DNA of 64,000 nucleotides. Origin: Oculina patagonica. Lineage: Eukaryota. The stretch spans positions 310,001-374,000 of the forward strand of contig NC_135766.1 of assembly GCF_052425735.1 (NCBI RefSeq), read 5' to 3'. How positions within the stretch are numbered: position 1 is the stretch's first letter; every line of letters begins with the position of its first letter. The position numbers were made by a program, and so were the translations under genes. Shown here piece by piece: positions 62,501 through 64,000 of this stretch. Below the pieces are notes generated by a model that searched no databases, was not told the origin of the DNA, and was given only the letters and a program-made list of their open reading frames with translations.

Positions 62501-62876
62501 AATCTCTCATACGGCCATGAATGTCCCTTAGACATCTTGCGTTCATATTTAAAAAAAAACGATACAGGGAAAGCGAATTATCCTGTAGTTTGTGGCGGTT
62601 GAATTCAATGATCCAAGTGTTTGGTTTAAATGAAGTTCTGTCGTGTTCCCCGGCATTTCTTTGCGAAAAAACTTCGTTGCAGACTTGAAATTATAACTTG
62701 CTAAAGTGGGAGGAGAAAATACAAGCGTTTCGCTACGAAAATAAAAGGAAATTCTCTCCTCCACCTTTGCCGACGTTCACTGAACGACAAAAGAACCACA
62801 CATCACGTTCGCGCCGAAAATTTGTCTTTGTTGTGATGACATTCCGCACATGCGCAGACGTTATTCAGCCCTGTCC
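56572..62876 (+). mobile_element. Full-length 6.3-kb TIR DNA transposon of uncertain superfamily (Academ/DUF6589-like?)
   Basis: 33-bp TIR GGACAGGGCTGAATAACGTCT(A/G)CGCATGTGCGG, 1 mismatch; TSD GTAGCAGT (56564-56571, 62877-62884), extendable to 10 bp CGTAGCAGTG; contains one long spliced gene. Confidence 0.9.
56876..61931 (+). CDS. Spliced ~1170-aa protein: Cys-rich N-terminus, putative DDE transposase, RING finger, cysteine-protease-like domain (one frameshift)
   Basis: Exons 56876-57304, 57567-57632, 57724-57790, 58012-58255, 58452-58644, 58859-59205, 59398-60367, 60727-61931; intron phases 0,0,1,2,0,2,0 join in frame; one -1 frameshift near 61045-61050. Confidence 0.75.
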
Positions 62877-63326
62877 GTAGCAGTGAGCAATGCTATTTTT
62901 TTCACCATTTAGCGTTACAGCACGCGCCATTTTTTTAACCACAAAATACACTCTACTCCAGGCTTCAGTCTTTAGCAACTGGGCCATCGGGCGAAACGAC
63001 CTGATACCAAGAGTCTCCCTTACCCCGCCCCGCCCCAATTTAGGTCCTTGTATACAGCCAAATTGATGGGACAGTTTAAAGATACAATTCACCTCTGCTT
63101 ATATCTTGGTTTTGTGTGACTTCCATATAGCGTTTATGGTTTTTACCAGTTTTTCACCCGAACGTGTTAGTGTAAGTCTTCACTGGAATCTTAAAAAAAT
63201 GCGAACGAATGCATAACACATAACATAAGAGACGAATTAATATGCTTTTCCTGTACTGTCTTGTCAGCCTCCAGTACGCATTGAGTAGCTAAGAATTCGT
63301 GATTTCTCAGGTACAAGTCACAAAAG

Positions 63327-63573
63327 TTATACAAGTTTTGTTACGTCCTCTTTTATTCCTCGTCGTATGGTGGAGGCATGACGACCTGATAGCCCTCCGC
63401 TCCAGAAAAAGGGACCATGATCATTTGTGGTTGCCCTCCCTGTTCTCCTGGTGTGACAGGTTGAATTGGATAGTAAGCATGTCACCAGTTGCTTGCACTG
63501 GAATGGCCACAGGGACACCACTAGGGCCCTGAGTCATGACGTAGCCAGCATTGCTAGTATACATAACTTGTCC
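63327..63573 (-). pseudogene. Exon 4 of a further divergent MS4A-like copy H (frameshifted; rest lies right of the window)
   Basis: AG|GQVMYTSNAGYVMTQGPSGVPVAIPVQ..., then a frameshift to VTPGEQGGQPQMIMVPFSG...PPPYDE. Confidence 0.65.
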
Positions 63574-63765
63574 CTAAGGAAAGAGATAAATCAAACAGAA
63601 ATAGGGTTAGAGGTACATGGCCATTGACTGAACTATAGAAACGTTATCTTGCCTGAACACAACTTGTTTGCTATTAGATAGTTAACTGCCATTTTTTTTT
63701 CCTTTCCTTAATGAAGTTAGTTAGGCCAGATTTTCTGATTAGTTGATTCCGAACTGGGACAGAAT

Positions 63766-63774
63766 CAATCAAGG

Positions 63775-63845
<71 letters not shown>
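63766..63845. repeat. (TCAA)n microsatellite
   Basis: About 17 units; shorter versions lie in intron 3 of several other copies. Confidence 0.95.
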
Positions 63846-63846
<1 letters not shown>

Positions 63847-64000
63847 TCTTATTCTCAGAAGGGTAATGGCAATACTTCTATTTCTTAGCAAAATGTTGTT
63901 GTGAGCATAATACCAATTATCTGACACATTGTGATATCTAAGAGCGTTGGATAAATAGATACTGCAGGTTTTTTTGACTGCGAACAGTCTCTTTTCCCAG

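Overview
AT-rich, intron-containing animal DNA; the repeat repertoire suggests a cnidarian, probably a stony coral (inference). The window holds a tandem array of at least seven copies (A-E, G, H) of a 5-exon gene encoding a four-transmembrane MS4A/CD20-like protein. All introns are phase 0, the second extracellular loop is hypervariable and Tyr/Arg-rich, and the last exon has only 5 codons. Only copies B and C look fully intact. Copies D and E sit in an ~18.7-kb inverted duplication inserted into intron 1 of copy C, bounded by a 13-bp direct repeat. The array is full of transposons: an intact PIF/Harbinger, a Penelope with a hammerhead motif, Academ, Crypton, Ngaro/DIRS-like and paired-domain relics, and many MITEs. 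The most novel item is a 6.3-kb element (56572-62876) with 33-bp TIRs and an 8-10-bp TSD. Its 8-exon gene encodes a Cys-rich N-terminus, a divergent DDE-type transposase, a RING finger and a herpes-tegument-DUB-like cysteine protease domain. All family calls come from motifs recognised by eye, not from database searches.
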